From Syntrophales bacterium (lineage in GTDB: Bacteria > Desulfobacterota > Syntrophia > Syntrophales > PHBD01), in assembly GCA_963668175.1 (NCBI GenBank), contig OY764159.1, positions 3,552,001 to 3,616,000 of the forward strand: 64,000 nt of DNA, given 5' to 3'. The translations under genes were made by a program, and so were the position numbers. Every line of letters starts with the position of its first letter. The stretch's first letter is position 1. The notes beneath the pieces were generated by a model that did not search any database, was not told where the DNA came from, and saw only the letters and a program-made list of their open reading frames with translations. Positions 48,244-57,887 of this stretch are shown in pieces.

Positions 48244-49503
48244 TCACACCTCCGCGGCACATCTGAGCCTGCCGATCTCTTTCTGTTTCATTCTCGCCAA
48301 TTCGATAACAGCCTCTAACTCCTCGATGGGCCTGCCCTCCGCCAGTCCGGCGCGAACGATCAAGTCAACGCATTCACCCGCATTCAAATGGTTATGGGCG
48401 CCATCCATGATTTTGCGAATGCCCTGATCCTGCAAATCGGCGATAAAATCCTTCAGGATGTCCTCGGCCTCCGCAAGATTGGAGTAAGGCAGAATTGTCA
48501 CGAATTCATTGAGGCTGCTGCGTGTCGAAAAGCCGCCGATGGCGCCGAAATGCTTGTTGATATACTCGCCCATGGCGAACAACGTCTCCTGGGCGACATC
48601 GTGGCCGAGGACGGTGACGACGGCATCGAGGGCGATCAGCGTGAAAACGACGATCGCGTAAGTCTCCTCGCGGGCGCCATGCTGCTTTAAAAGATGATAG
48701 TATTGGGCATTGAACTGATGCTTCGAGTAAAGCCCCGTCAGTTCCTTCTGCAATCCTTCCAGGCTCTTGATCACTTCGTCTTTGAAGGGATGGTCGAAGT
48801 ATTCCAGTTCTTCGGGCGTGCCCTGAAAAACGATGGAACGGTCGTAAAGGGCGAGAATACGATTGGAAATGAAGTAGACATCCGGAATCTCGTGGCTGAC
48901 GACAACGGCCGTGAAGCCGAATTTCCTCTGATACTGGGCGATCATACCGAGAATGGCGTTTTTCCTGATAGGGTCCTGTCCGGACGTGGGCTCGTCGAAA
49001 AGAACGATCTGCGGCTCGGTCACCAGCGCCCTCGCCAGGGCCACCCGCTTCTGCATGCCTCCGGACAGTTCGGAAGGATATCTATAAGCAGCATCCGTGA
49101 GTTCCACCTGCTCCATCCTGGCCGCAACCATGCGTTCTATTTCACTTTTCTTCAGATTGGTTGTTTCTCTGAGCGGCAAGGCAATGTTGTCGACAACGCT
49201 CATGGAATCGAACAGGGCGTTGTCCTGGAACATATAACTCATTTTTGCCAGAAAAGCGGACCTCTCATTTTTTTTCATATCGGCGATGGGCCTTCCCCGG
49301 AAGAGAATTGTCCCCTCGTCGGGTTTCAAAAGCCCGATAATATGTTTTAAAAGGACGCTCTTGCCGCCGCCGGACAGGCCGATGATCGTCGTGACCTGCC
49401 CTTCGAATATCTTGAGATTGACCTGATCGAGGACGGTCCGGTCTCCAAAGCGTTTGGTGACATTCTGGAATTCAATTAACGGCGTTTCCATGGGCTCCTT
49501 CAC
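48244..49503 (-). CDS. mlaF: MlaF ABC ATPase with a C-terminal degenerate GGDEF-like domain
   Basis: GLSGGGKS, FQDNALFDS, LSGGMQKRV, DEPT. About 170 extra residues follow, starting ELTGLYS. Confidence 0.85.
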   Translation of the reverse strand: MKEPMETPLIEFQNVTKRFGDRTVLDQVNLKIFEGQVTTIIGLSGGGKSVLLKHIIGLLKPDEGTILFRGRPIADMKKNERSAFLAKMSYMFQDNALFDSMSVVDNIALPLRETTNLKKSEIERMVAARMEQVELTDAAYRYPSELSGGMQKRVALARALVTEPQIVLFDEPTSGQDPIRKNAILGMIAQYQRKFGFTAVVVSHEIPDVYFISNRILALYDRSIVFQGTPEELEYFDHPFKDEVIKSLEGLQKELTGLYSKHQFNAQYYHLLKQHGAREETYAIVVFTLIALDAVVTVLGHDVAQETLFAMGEYINKHFGAIGGFSTRSSLNEFVTILPYSNLAEAEDILKDFIADLQDQGIRKIMDGAHNHLNAGECVDLIVRAGLAEGRPIEELEAVIELARMKQKEIGRLRCAAEV

Positions 49504-50360
49504 ATCAAGAACGACGTCACGACGTAGTCGGACACCAGGATAAGCACACAGGATACAACGACCGCCGACGTCGTGGCAAGACCGACCGCCTTGGCCCCGT
49601 GGCTGTCGGTCCTCATATGGGCGAAATACCCCTGGTAACAGCAGACGGTGGAAACGATGAAGGCAAAGACCACGGCCTTGATGAGGCCGTCCGTGACATC
49701 CTTCATGGCCATGCTGGCCTGGATACGGTAAAAATAGGTGCCGGCGTTGGCCCCAAGAATCAGGACTCCGGACAGATAGCCGCCGACAATACCGATGAGG
49801 TCGAAGATAGCCGTAAGCAGCGGAAAACTGATAACGGCCGCCGCTATCCTCGGGCTTACAAGAAACCGGAGGGGATCGATCCGCATGGTCTCCAGGGCGT
49901 CGATCTGCTCGGAGATTCTCTGGATGCCGATCTCGGCGCTGATGGCCGATCCGGCCCTGGCGGCGATCATGATGGCCGTAAGGACCGGTCCCAATTCCCG
50001 GACAAGAGAGAGGGAAACCAGTATCCCCAAAGCTCCCTGGGCGCCGACTTTGACCAGGGCATAGTAGGATTGAAGACCGAGGACCATGCCGGTGAACAGA
50101 CCGACGAGCATGATGATCATCATGGACCTCGCCCCGATGTGATAGATCTGCTGAAATATCTTGGACATCTGTTTCGGCCGGAAGATCTTCACGAGCGCCA
50201 GCACAAGAAAGATCGCCGAAGCGCCGAGATGATTGCTCCAGTTAATGGCGGTTCTGCCGAAGAACGCAAAAGGCTGAGACAATGCCACCGCAATGGATTT
50301 CCCTGCTGTGTCTTCGGCGCTATTCATGTCCGTATAGGAGGGGGTTGGAGAAGATCCCAT
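49500..50360 (-). CDS. mlaE: MlaE permease
   Basis: RELGPVLTA, RAGSAISAEIG, EQIDALETM, VGLATTSAVV. Confidence 0.94.
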   Translation of the reverse strand: MGSSPTPSYTDMNSAEDTAGKSIAVALSQPFAFFGRTAINWSNHLGASAIFLVLALVKIFRPKQMSKIFQQIYHIGARSMMIIMLVGLFTGMVLGLQSYYALVKVGAQGALGILVSLSLVRELGPVLTAIMIAARAGSAISAEIGIQRISEQIDALETMRIDPLRFLVSPRIAAAVISFPLLTAIFDLIGIVGGYLSGVLILGANAGTYFYRIQASMAMKDVTDGLIKAVVFAFIVSTVCCYQGYFAHMRTDSHGAKAVGLATTSAVVVSCVLILVSDYVVTSFLM

Positions 50361-50839
50361 CGACCATCATATCCTTTTCGTAAGCAGATTCCTTCTCGTT
50401 CATCTCTCTTTCTGCTGATCAGCAGCCCATTAGCCTGTTAATATATATCCAATTTTATATTTATTTCAAGTAGGCAAAGCGTCTTTATCACATTTCGCGC
50501 CGCGTCAATGAAAAAAGATGTCATTTTTCGTTAAGTCACTGAGAAAAATGAAAAAACAGACATGGAAATCAACAAAAGAAGGTTGTCCGGCGTATACGTA
50601 CCTCCTCGTTCAGGGAATAATCGCCGACACACAGCGGAAGGCGATCCCTACCAAGCCGCCATGAAGCCATACCCGCCTGCCGCTCCCCGGTAGCTTGAGC
50701 CGGTCCATTTCTCCTGCGAGTATATCCTTGAGTGCGGCACTTTTTTAAAGGGAATCCGGCCCACCCGGGCAGGGATGGGAATCCCGACCTGGAAGGACCG
50801 GACGAAAGAAAGGGATTATTGGCGTGAATATTGATGATT

Positions 50840-51658
50840 CTATTTAAGCGGAACGAAACCTTCTTTCTGAACGATCTTCTGTCCGGCAGGCCCCAGAAGG
50901 AATTTGATGAAATTCGCCGTTTCGCCGGCAGGCTTACCGTTGGTGTACATGAAAAGGGGACGGGCAACCGGATACGATTTATCGAGGGCCGTCTTGGCGG
51001 ATGCCGTCACACCGTTGACTGTAAGCCCTTTAATCGATTTGTTGAGGTAACCGATACCGATATAGCCGATGGCATAGCGATTCTTGGAAACGGCCTGGAC
51101 AACGGCTCCGTTCGATGCCTGCAACTGGGCCTTAGGCGTTACCTTCGCGCCGCTCAGGACCAGGTGCCCCCACGACTCGAATGTGCCCGAACTGCTGTCT
51201 CTCGATACGACTACAATGGCCAGATCGTCGCCGCCCACCTCTTTCCAGTTCGTGATTTTGCCCTGGTATATCTGGCTCAACTGATCGATGGACAACCCTT
51301 TGACTTTATTCTTGGGATTGACGATAGGGACGATGGCATCGATGGCTACGATATGCTCCATCGGATTGACACCTTTGGTCTTTGCCAGTTCGATTTCCTC
51401 TTTCTTCATGTCGCGGGATGAATTTGCGATATCCGTCGATTTATCGATCAGCGCCTTGATGCCGTCTCCTGAACCGCCGCCCGACAGAGAGATATTGATG
51501 CCGGGATGGGCCTTCATATACGCCTCCGAGGCCGCCTGGGCGATCGGAAGCACGGTCGTCGATCCTTTAATGACCACCGTACCTGCGGCCATCACGGGCA
51601 GCTGCCCCGCGAGGAACATAGCCATGGCCAGAATGATTGTCCTGATTGCTTTCGTCAT
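50840..51658 (-). CDS. pstS: Phosphate ABC transporter substrate-binding protein
   Basis: GSTTV, GGSGDG, SSR, RDSSSGT, YPVARPLFMY. GGAGG RBS. Confidence 0.93.
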   Translation of the reverse strand: MTKAIRTIILAMAMFLAGQLPVMAAGTVVIKGSTTVLPIAQAASEAYMKAHPGINISLSGGGSGDGIKALIDKSTDIANSSRDMKKEEIELAKTKGVNPMEHIVAIDAIVPIVNPKNKVKGLSIDQLSQIYQGKITNWKEVGGDDLAIVVVSRDSSSGTFESWGHLVLSGAKVTPKAQLQASNGAVVQAVSKNRYAIGYIGIGYLNKSIKGLTVNGVTASAKTALDKSYPVARPLFMYTNGKPAGETANFIKFLLGPAGQKIVQKEGFVPLK

Positions 51659-51700
51659 AATGCTTCTCCTCCGTTTTTTGGCAATAATGTAATGGAACAT

Positions 51701-51739
51701 TGTTGCAGTTTGATGAAGGTATCGTGAAATATCCGTGAA
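51701..51739 (-). promoter_or_regulatory. Pho-box-like array upstream of pstS
   Basis: Minus strand reads TTCACG gatat TTCACG atacc TTCATC aaact GCAACA, then 9 nt and TACATT (-10-like). Confidence 0.8.
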
Positions 51740-51991
51740 GAAGCAAGACGGTGAATCCTTGACAGGACATTCCGTTTATATTAGGACCCGGAAAAGGCTC
51801 TTTTACGGCAGGGACCGCCGACCGACAGGCCCATGCTGAAGATTATGGCCGGCGGGGAAGACGTCAATGCCCCGTACTGAGACAGGGATAAAGGAAGCGG
51901 ACATGGATGTATTCCGAACATTTTCCGGCATGTAAAGATTGGGACCTTTCTTCCGTACGCTGAATAAAATTCGCTCATGTGATTATTCCAG

Positions 51992-54043
51992 ATGACAGAC
52001 TTGACAAAATTCACAGCCGGCCGCACCTTTTTACTGATCTCCTTGTTTCTCGTGATCTTAACCTGCGGCGTCTATCTCCAGGTGAAGGATCATCAATTCA
52101 TCAACTACGACGATACGGATTATGTCGTCAGTAATGCCCACATCCGTTCTGGATTCACCCAGCCTGCCATACGATGGGCTTTTACGACCACGTATTTCAG
52201 CAACTGGCATCCCCTGACGTGGCTTTCCTATATGCTGGATTACCGTCTGTTCGGTTTGAAAGCGGGCGGCTATCATCTCGTCAATCTTCTTTTCCATGTT
52301 TTGAATACGCTGCTCCTCTTTTATCTTCTGAACCGGATGACCCATGCCGTATGGCGGAGCGCCGCAGTCGCAGCCCTTTTCGCCCTGCACCCCACCCATG
52401 TGGAATCCGTAGCATGGGTTTCGGAGCGAAAAGACGTCTTAAGCACGTTTTTCGGCCTGGCGGCCATTGGAGCCTACATTTTCTACGCAGCCAAACCCGG
52501 ATTAAAAAGATATTGGCCGGTTGTTTTGCTTTTCGTTCTGAGTCTCATGGCCAAGCCGATGCTGGTCACGCTGCCTTTCGTGCTGCTGCTTTTCGATTAC
52601 TGGCCCTTGAAGCGTTATCAGCCGCTGAAAATAGCAGCAGTCGAGGAAAAAGGGGAAGCTGAATCAGAACCCGCAAGAAAAGGCGGCAGGAAAAAGAAGA
52701 CGGATAAGCCTCGGCACAACACGCCAGTTGCCAAAGCACCGAAGCATGAAACGATCCGTATCGACTGGTCGACGGCAGGCAGGCTTTTGCTGGAGAAAGT
52801 TCCTCTTTTCATTCTTTCCGGCCTTTCCTGTATTGTAACCTATATTGCCCAGGCCAAGGGCGGGGCCATCGCCAGCTTCCAGGCCATTTCCTTTGCAGAC
52901 CGCCTGCAGAATGTCGTTCTTTCTTATGCGCGGTACATCCTGAATACCGTCTATCCCGTGAAGCTTGCTTATTTCTATCCGCAGCTTACGGCCTTTCCCG
53001 TCTGGAAGGTTGCCGGATCGCTTCTGCTTATCATCCTGATGACGGCATTCGCCTTGAGATGGATCAATCGCCGTCCCTATCTTGCCGTCGGATGGCTCTT
53101 CTTCCTCGGAACCCTGGTGCCGGTGATCGGCCTGGTGCAATTCGGATCCCTGTCCATTGCCGACCGCTACCTCTATCTCCCGGGTATCGGCCTTTACATC
53201 ATGGCCGTCTGGGGGATCTGCGATTTATCGGCAGGATGGCGGAAAAGAAGGATCATCCTCGGAATATCGAGCGGCATTGTCATTGCAACGTTGGCCGTCA
53301 TGACCTTTACCCAGATTGAAAAATGGAAGAACAGCGAGACGATTGCCACCCATGCCCTAAACGTTACAAACAACAACCACTCGGCTTATTTCAGCCTGGG
53401 ACTCGTCGCTTTGGGACAGGGACAAATAGATAAGGCCGCCGCCTATTATGAAAAGGCCCTGCAAATCGCACCCGCCAATACCGTTTATCTGAACAATATG
53501 GGCAACATCATGCAGCGCCTGGGCCGAAAACAGGAAGCCATGGCCTATTACCTGGAATCGCTACGATATTATGCCGACAACTCCGAAGCCCACTTCAACC
53601 TGGCGCATCTTCTAGCCGAACAGGGGCGGTATCAGGAAGCGGAAAGTCATTATCGGACGGTCGTCGACCTTGATCCTGACGACTATATCGCCTGTACGAT
53701 GCTTGCCGATGCTTTGGCCGCCCAGGGAAAAACCGACGACGCCCTGAAATACTATTCTCAAGCCCTCAGACAAAAAGAGGCTCTACCCAGCGTTCACTAT
53801 GCCATGGGGAGGATACTATTCGAAAGAGGCAGGCCCGACGAAGCGGCCCGATCTTTTCAGCGAGCGGTCCTTTTGAACCCCGGCAGCGCTCCGGCACATC
53901 ATTATCTCGGAAGGGCCCTTCTTGCGCAGGGGAAGTACGACGAAGCCGTTGTTCAGTTTCAGGAAGCCCTGCGCATTCAGCCGGGCAGCGAAAGCACGAA
54001 GAGGTATCTGGCAGAGGCCCTGTCGAAAACCAGGAACAGATGA
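51992..54043 (+). CDS. TMTC-like GT-C membrane glycosyltransferase with C-terminal TPR repeats
   Basis: NYDD, WHPLT, HPTHVESVAWVSERKDVL, ADRYLYLP, followed by multiple TPRs. Confidence 0.82.
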   Translation: MTDLTKFTAGRTFLLISLFLVILTCGVYLQVKDHQFINYDDTDYVVSNAHIRSGFTQPAIRWAFTTTYFSNWHPLTWLSYMLDYRLFGLKAGGYHLVNLLFHVLNTLLLFYLLNRMTHAVWRSAAVAALFALHPTHVESVAWVSERKDVLSTFFGLAAIGAYIFYAAKPGLKRYWPVVLLFVLSLMAKPMLVTLPFVLLLFDYWPLKRYQPLKIAAVEEKGEAESEPARKGGRKKKTDKPRHNTPVAKAPKHETIRIDWSTAGRLLLEKVPLFILSGLSCIVTYIAQAKGGAIASFQAISFADRLQNVVLSYARYILNTVYPVKLAYFYPQLTAFPVWKVAGSLLLIILMTAFALRWINRRPYLAVGWLFFLGTLVPVIGLVQFGSLSIADRYLYLPGIGLYIMAVWGICDLSAGWRKRRIILGISSGIVIATLAVMTFTQIEKWKNSETIATHALNVTNNNHSAYFSLGLVALGQGQIDKAAAYYEKALQIAPANTVYLNNMGNIMQRLGRKQEAMAYYLESLRYYADNSEAHFNLAHLLAEQGRYQEAESHYRTVVDLDPDDYIACTMLADALAAQGKTDDALKYYSQALRQKEALPSVHYAMGRILFERGRPDEAARSFQRAVLLNPGSAPAHHYLGRALLAQGKYDEAVVQFQEALRIQPGSESTKRYLAEALSKTRNR

Positions 54044-54061
54044 GATGATGCCTTCGGCCGG

Positions 54062-55363
54062 TCAGATGTTCCGTTTGTCGACGATCGGCTGAATTTTCCC
54101 GTCCTGCCGGGGAATGTTGCCCGGCTCCACGAGCTGCAGCGTAACATCAATGCCGATGGCCGATTCGACCCGTTTTCGAAAGGCCTCCGGGAAGGACCTC
54201 TGCCTCTGCATTTCCATGGCAAAGATCTTCTCCGTCGTCTCGATGACCACGGTGAGGACGTCTTTCGCCCCCTTCCGTTCCACAACCAGTTGATAGAGCG
54301 GCTCGTCGTCGGCAATGCCGTAGAGTATCTCCCGGATCTGGGAAGGATAGATGTTCACTCCCCTGATAATCAGCATGTCGTCCGTCCGTCCCGTGGTCTT
54401 CTTCATACGCACCATCGTCCGGCCGCATTCGCAGGGCGTATAGTCAAGGCTTGTGATATCGCCGGTCCGGTAACGGATGACCGGACAGGCTTCCTTGGTG
54501 ATGGTCGTAAGCACCAGTTCACCCTCACTTCCGGGAGGGAGCACTGCCCCCGTCTTCGGGTCGATGATTTCCGGAATGAAACTGTCTTCAAAGAGATGCA
54601 TGCCCTGTTTGAGGTGGCATTCTCCCGCTACCCCGGGGCCGATGACGTCCGAAAGCCCGTAGTTGTCCGTGGCGCTTAAATGAAGCCGTTCTTCGATCTC
54701 CCGGCGGACCGCCTCCGACCAGGGTTCCCCGCCGAACAAGCCTACCTTCAGCATCAACGATTCCGGTTTGATCCCGAGTGTCTCCATCCGGTCGGCCATC
54801 GTCAGGGCATAGGTCGGCGTGCAGACCAGGACCGTCGTCTTGTAGTCCTGCATGATCGTGATCTGCTTCTCTGTGTTTCCCGTGCTCGTGGGAATGACGG
54901 AGGCCCCGATGGCTTCCGCTCCGTAGTGGAGGCCGAACGCCCCGGTGAAGAGTCCGTAGCGAAAAGCGATCTGTACGAGGTCGTCGCGGGTAACACCCGC
55001 CGCCGTCATGAACCGGGCTACGACGTTGGTCCACATGCGGATATCGTTCTTCGTATAACCGACGACCACAGGCTTGCTCGTCGTTCCGGAAGACGAATGG
55101 ATGCGTACCACTTCCCGGAGAGGTACGGCGAACATCCCGTAGGGATAGTTGAGACGCAGGTCCTCCTTGGTCGTAAAGGGGAATTTCTGCAGGTCGGAAA
55201 GGAATTTGACGTCCTCCGGGATGATCCCGGTGTCGTCGAATTTTCCCCGATAGCAGACCACATTCTTATAAACCCGGTTGACCGTCGCTTGCAGCCGTTC
55301 CAACTGCAGTTGCTCGATGTCTTCCCGCGGCATGCATTCGTGGAGCGAATCCCAGATTTTCAC
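54062..55363 (-). CDS. paaK: Phenylacetate-CoA ligase family enzyme
   Basis: HSSSGTTSKP, YGLFTG, NYGLSD, RYRTGD, GRTDDMLIIRGVN. GTG start with AGGAGG. Confidence 0.88.
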   Translation of the reverse strand: MKIWDSLHECMPREDIEQLQLERLQATVNRVYKNVVCYRGKFDDTGIIPEDVKFLSDLQKFPFTTKEDLRLNYPYGMFAVPLREVVRIHSSSGTTSKPVVVGYTKNDIRMWTNVVARFMTAAGVTRDDLVQIAFRYGLFTGAFGLHYGAEAIGASVIPTSTGNTEKQITIMQDYKTTVLVCTPTYALTMADRMETLGIKPESLMLKVGLFGGEPWSEAVRREIEERLHLSATDNYGLSDVIGPGVAGECHLKQGMHLFEDSFIPEIIDPKTGAVLPPGSEGELVLTTITKEACPVIRYRTGDITSLDYTPCECGRTMVRMKKTTGRTDDMLIIRGVNIYPSQIREILYGIADDEPLYQLVVERKGAKDVLTVVIETTEKIFAMEMQRQRSFPEAFRKRVESAIGIDVTLQLVEPGNIPRQDGKIQPIVDKRNI

Positions 55364-55385
55364 CGTACACCTCCTGCAAAACGGA

Positions 55386-56138
55386 TCATCTCTCCCATAT
55401 CTCCTTCTTGTCCTTGCCCAGATAGGCCCGCTGGACCTCCCTGTTTTCACTAAGGTCGGCCGCTGTCCCCTCCAGGATCATCCGGCCCGTCTCCAGCACA
55501 TAACCACGGTCGGCGATCTTGAGCGCCGCCCTGGCGTTTTGCTCCACCAGGAGGATGGTGGCGCCCCGTTCCCTCGCCAGCTCTTTAACGACCCGAAAGA
55601 TATCCTGGGCCACCAGCGGGGCAAGCCCCATGGACGGTTCATCGAGCAGCAGCAGCTTCGGTTTTGTCATAAGAGCGCGCCCTATGGCAAGCATTTGTTG
55701 TTCGCCTCCCGAAAGCGTCCCCGCCAGCTGTTTCCGTCTCTCCTTCAGCGTCGGAAAAAGATCGTAGATCGCTTCCAGGTTCTTTTCCGCCTCCTTCCTG
55801 CCTCCTCTCGTAAGATGGAGCCGGTAGGCGCCGAGTTGAAGATTGTCCTCCACGGACAGAGGTTTGAAGACCTGCCTGCCCTCGGGTACCTGAGAAATAC
55901 CCAGTTCGACGATCCTGTGGGGAGGCAGGTTGCTTATAGGAAGCCCCGCAAAGCGTATCTCGCCTTCCCTGGGCGGAACGATGCCCGACAGGGAATTGAG
56001 GAGGGTCGTTTTGCCTGCGCCGTTCGCCCCGATCAGGGTGACGATTTCCCCTTCGTTCAGGTGCAGGGAGAAGTTTTTCAGGGCATGGACCTGCCCGTAA
56101 TAGGTGTTGATGTTCTTGACACGCAACAGAGCTGTCAT
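55386..56138 (-). CDS. livF: LIV-type ABC ATP-binding subunit
   Basis: GANGAGKT, VPEGR, LSGGEQQM, DEPSMGL. Confidence 0.92.
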   Translation of the reverse strand: MTALLRVKNINTYYGQVHALKNFSLHLNEGEIVTLIGANGAGKTTLLNSLSGIVPPREGEIRFAGLPISNLPPHRIVELGISQVPEGRQVFKPLSVEDNLQLGAYRLHLTRGGRKEAEKNLEAIYDLFPTLKERRKQLAGTLSGGEQQMLAIGRALMTKPKLLLLDEPSMGLAPLVAQDIFRVVKELARERGATILLVEQNARAALKIADRGYVLETGRMILEGTAADLSENREVQRAYLGKDKKEIWER

Positions 56139-56890
56139 TATCCTTCTCCCAGATAGGCCGTAACGACGTCCCTGTTTTCCTGAATCTCCCGAGGCGTTCC
56201 CTCGGCCAGTTTTCGTCCCAGATTCAGCACGACGATCGTGTCGCAGATATCCATGATGAGTTCCATATCGTGCTCGACGAGGATCACGGTAATCCCGAGA
56301 TCCCGGACCTTCCTGATCAGGGCGGCAAGGCCGATGGTCTCCCTGCTGTTTAGGCCCGCCGCCGGTTCGTCCATGAGGATGACTTTGGGTTCGACCGCCA
56401 GCGCCCGGGCAATTTCCAGGAATCTTCCTTTTCCGAAAGGCAGGTTTCTTGCTTCGATCCCGGCCGATTCCCCCATACCCGTGAATTCCAGCCAATGGAG
56501 GCTCTTCTCGTGAATGAGCTTCTCTTCCCGGATCTGGCCGGGCAGCCTGAAGGCGCAGGAAACGATGCCGCTCGAACTTTTCGTATGAAGCCCGACCATG
56601 ACGTTCTCCAGGACCGTCATCTGGCCGAAGAGCTCCACGTTTTGAAACGTCCTCACCAAACCCAGGCCGGCCAGCTTCTCCGGCACATACCGGGAGATAT
56701 TCCGATCTTCCAGGTAAACCTCACCCGCCGTCTGCGTATAAAGCCCCGTCACGACGTTGAAGAGTGTCGTCTTGCCAGCGCCGTTGGGGCCGATGACGCC
56801 GGTGATGGTTCCCTTTTGTACGGTAAAAGAGACGTCTTCCAGGGCCGTGATCCCGCCGAAGACTTTCGTGATCCCCTCAAGCCTCAGCAT
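56138..56890 (-). CDS. livG: LIV-type ABC ATP-binding subunit
   Basis: GPNGAGKT, RTFQN, DEPAAG, EHDM. Confidence 0.92.
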   Translation of the reverse strand: MLRLEGITKVFGGITALEDVSFTVQKGTITGVIGPNGAGKTTLFNVVTGLYTQTAGEVYLEDRNISRYVPEKLAGLGLVRTFQNVELFGQMTVLENVMVGLHTKSSSGIVSCAFRLPGQIREEKLIHEKSLHWLEFTGMGESAGIEARNLPFGKGRFLEIARALAVEPKVILMDEPAAGLNSRETIGLAALIRKVRDLGITVILVEHDMELIMDICDTIVVLNLGRKLAEGTPREIQENRDVVTAYLGEG

Positions 56891-57881
56891 GCGTCCCCCC
56901 TCCCGTCTTCCTCCTCAGCCGGGCGGTGACAATCTCAGCCAGGCGGCGAAAACCGCCCGCCAAGCCGGCCGGCATAAAGATGGTCATGACGATCAGCAAC
57001 GCCCCGTAGATGACGATATCGAAATCGTTGAAGACGCGAAGCATCTCCGGCATGAGGGTCAGAATGGCCGCCCCGAGGAACGAGCCGTAGATGCTGCCGA
57101 GGCCGCCGATGATGACCATCGTCACCAGTTCCACGGAGAGGTTGAAACCGAAGGATGCCGGCGAAATGAAGGTCATCGTATGGGCATAGAGACTGCCCGC
57201 CAGGGCGGAGAAAACGGCGGAAACGGTGAATATCTGGACTTTCAGTATCCGGGCATTGACTCCCATCACCCGGGCGGCCACTTCGGAGTCGTTGATAGCT
57301 CGAAGCGCCCGGCCGATTCTCGAATCGGACACGTTGATCGACAGCAGCATCATAACCAGGGCGAATGCCCAGATCAGGTAGTAGTTCGCCTTGTCGCTGT
57401 CGAAGACGAACGCCCCCAGGGAAAGATTCGGTATGCCCGACAGGCCCGAAGGACCGCCTGTCAGATCGACCGTTTCGTTGAGAAGGATATAGACAATGAT
57501 ACCGAAGCCGAGGGTTGCCATGGCCAGGTAATGTCCCTTGAGCTTCAGGATGGGAAAGCCGATGATAAAGGCCAGAAGGCCGATGACGACCGCCGCCAGG
57601 ACCATGGCCAACCACGGATCGACGTTGTACGCCGTCGTGAGAACCCCCGAGCCGTAGGCCCCCAGACCGAAGAAGGCGGCATGCCCCAGCGAGATCTGCC
57701 CGGCAAATCCCAACAGCAGATTGAGGGCGATGGCCAGCATCGTGTTGATGCCGACAAAGACCATCACGTTCATGAGATAACTCCCCCCCAGGAGGAAGGG
57801 CGCGGCCATCACGGCAGCGGCAAAGCAGAGAAACAGCACAAGCTCTCTTTGTCCTTTGGTCAATGTTCCGAATTTCGACAT
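56877..57881 (-). CDS. livM: LIV-type ABC permease
   Basis: GQISLGHAAFFGLGAY, GHYLAMATL, TGGPSG, GRALRAI. Confidence 0.92.
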   Translation of the reverse strand: MSKFGTLTKGQRELVLFLCFAAAVMAAPFLLGGSYLMNVMVFVGINTMLAIALNLLLGFAGQISLGHAAFFGLGAYGSGVLTTAYNVDPWLAMVLAAVVIGLLAFIIGFPILKLKGHYLAMATLGFGIIVYILLNETVDLTGGPSGLSGIPNLSLGAFVFDSDKANYYLIWAFALVMMLLSINVSDSRIGRALRAINDSEVAARVMGVNARILKVQIFTVSAVFSALAGSLYAHTMTFISPASFGFNLSVELVTMVIIGGLGSIYGSFLGAAILTLMPEMLRVFNDFDIVIYGALLIVMTIFMPAGLAGGFRRLAEIVTARLRRKTGGGTHAEA

Positions 57882-57887
57882 ACGGCG

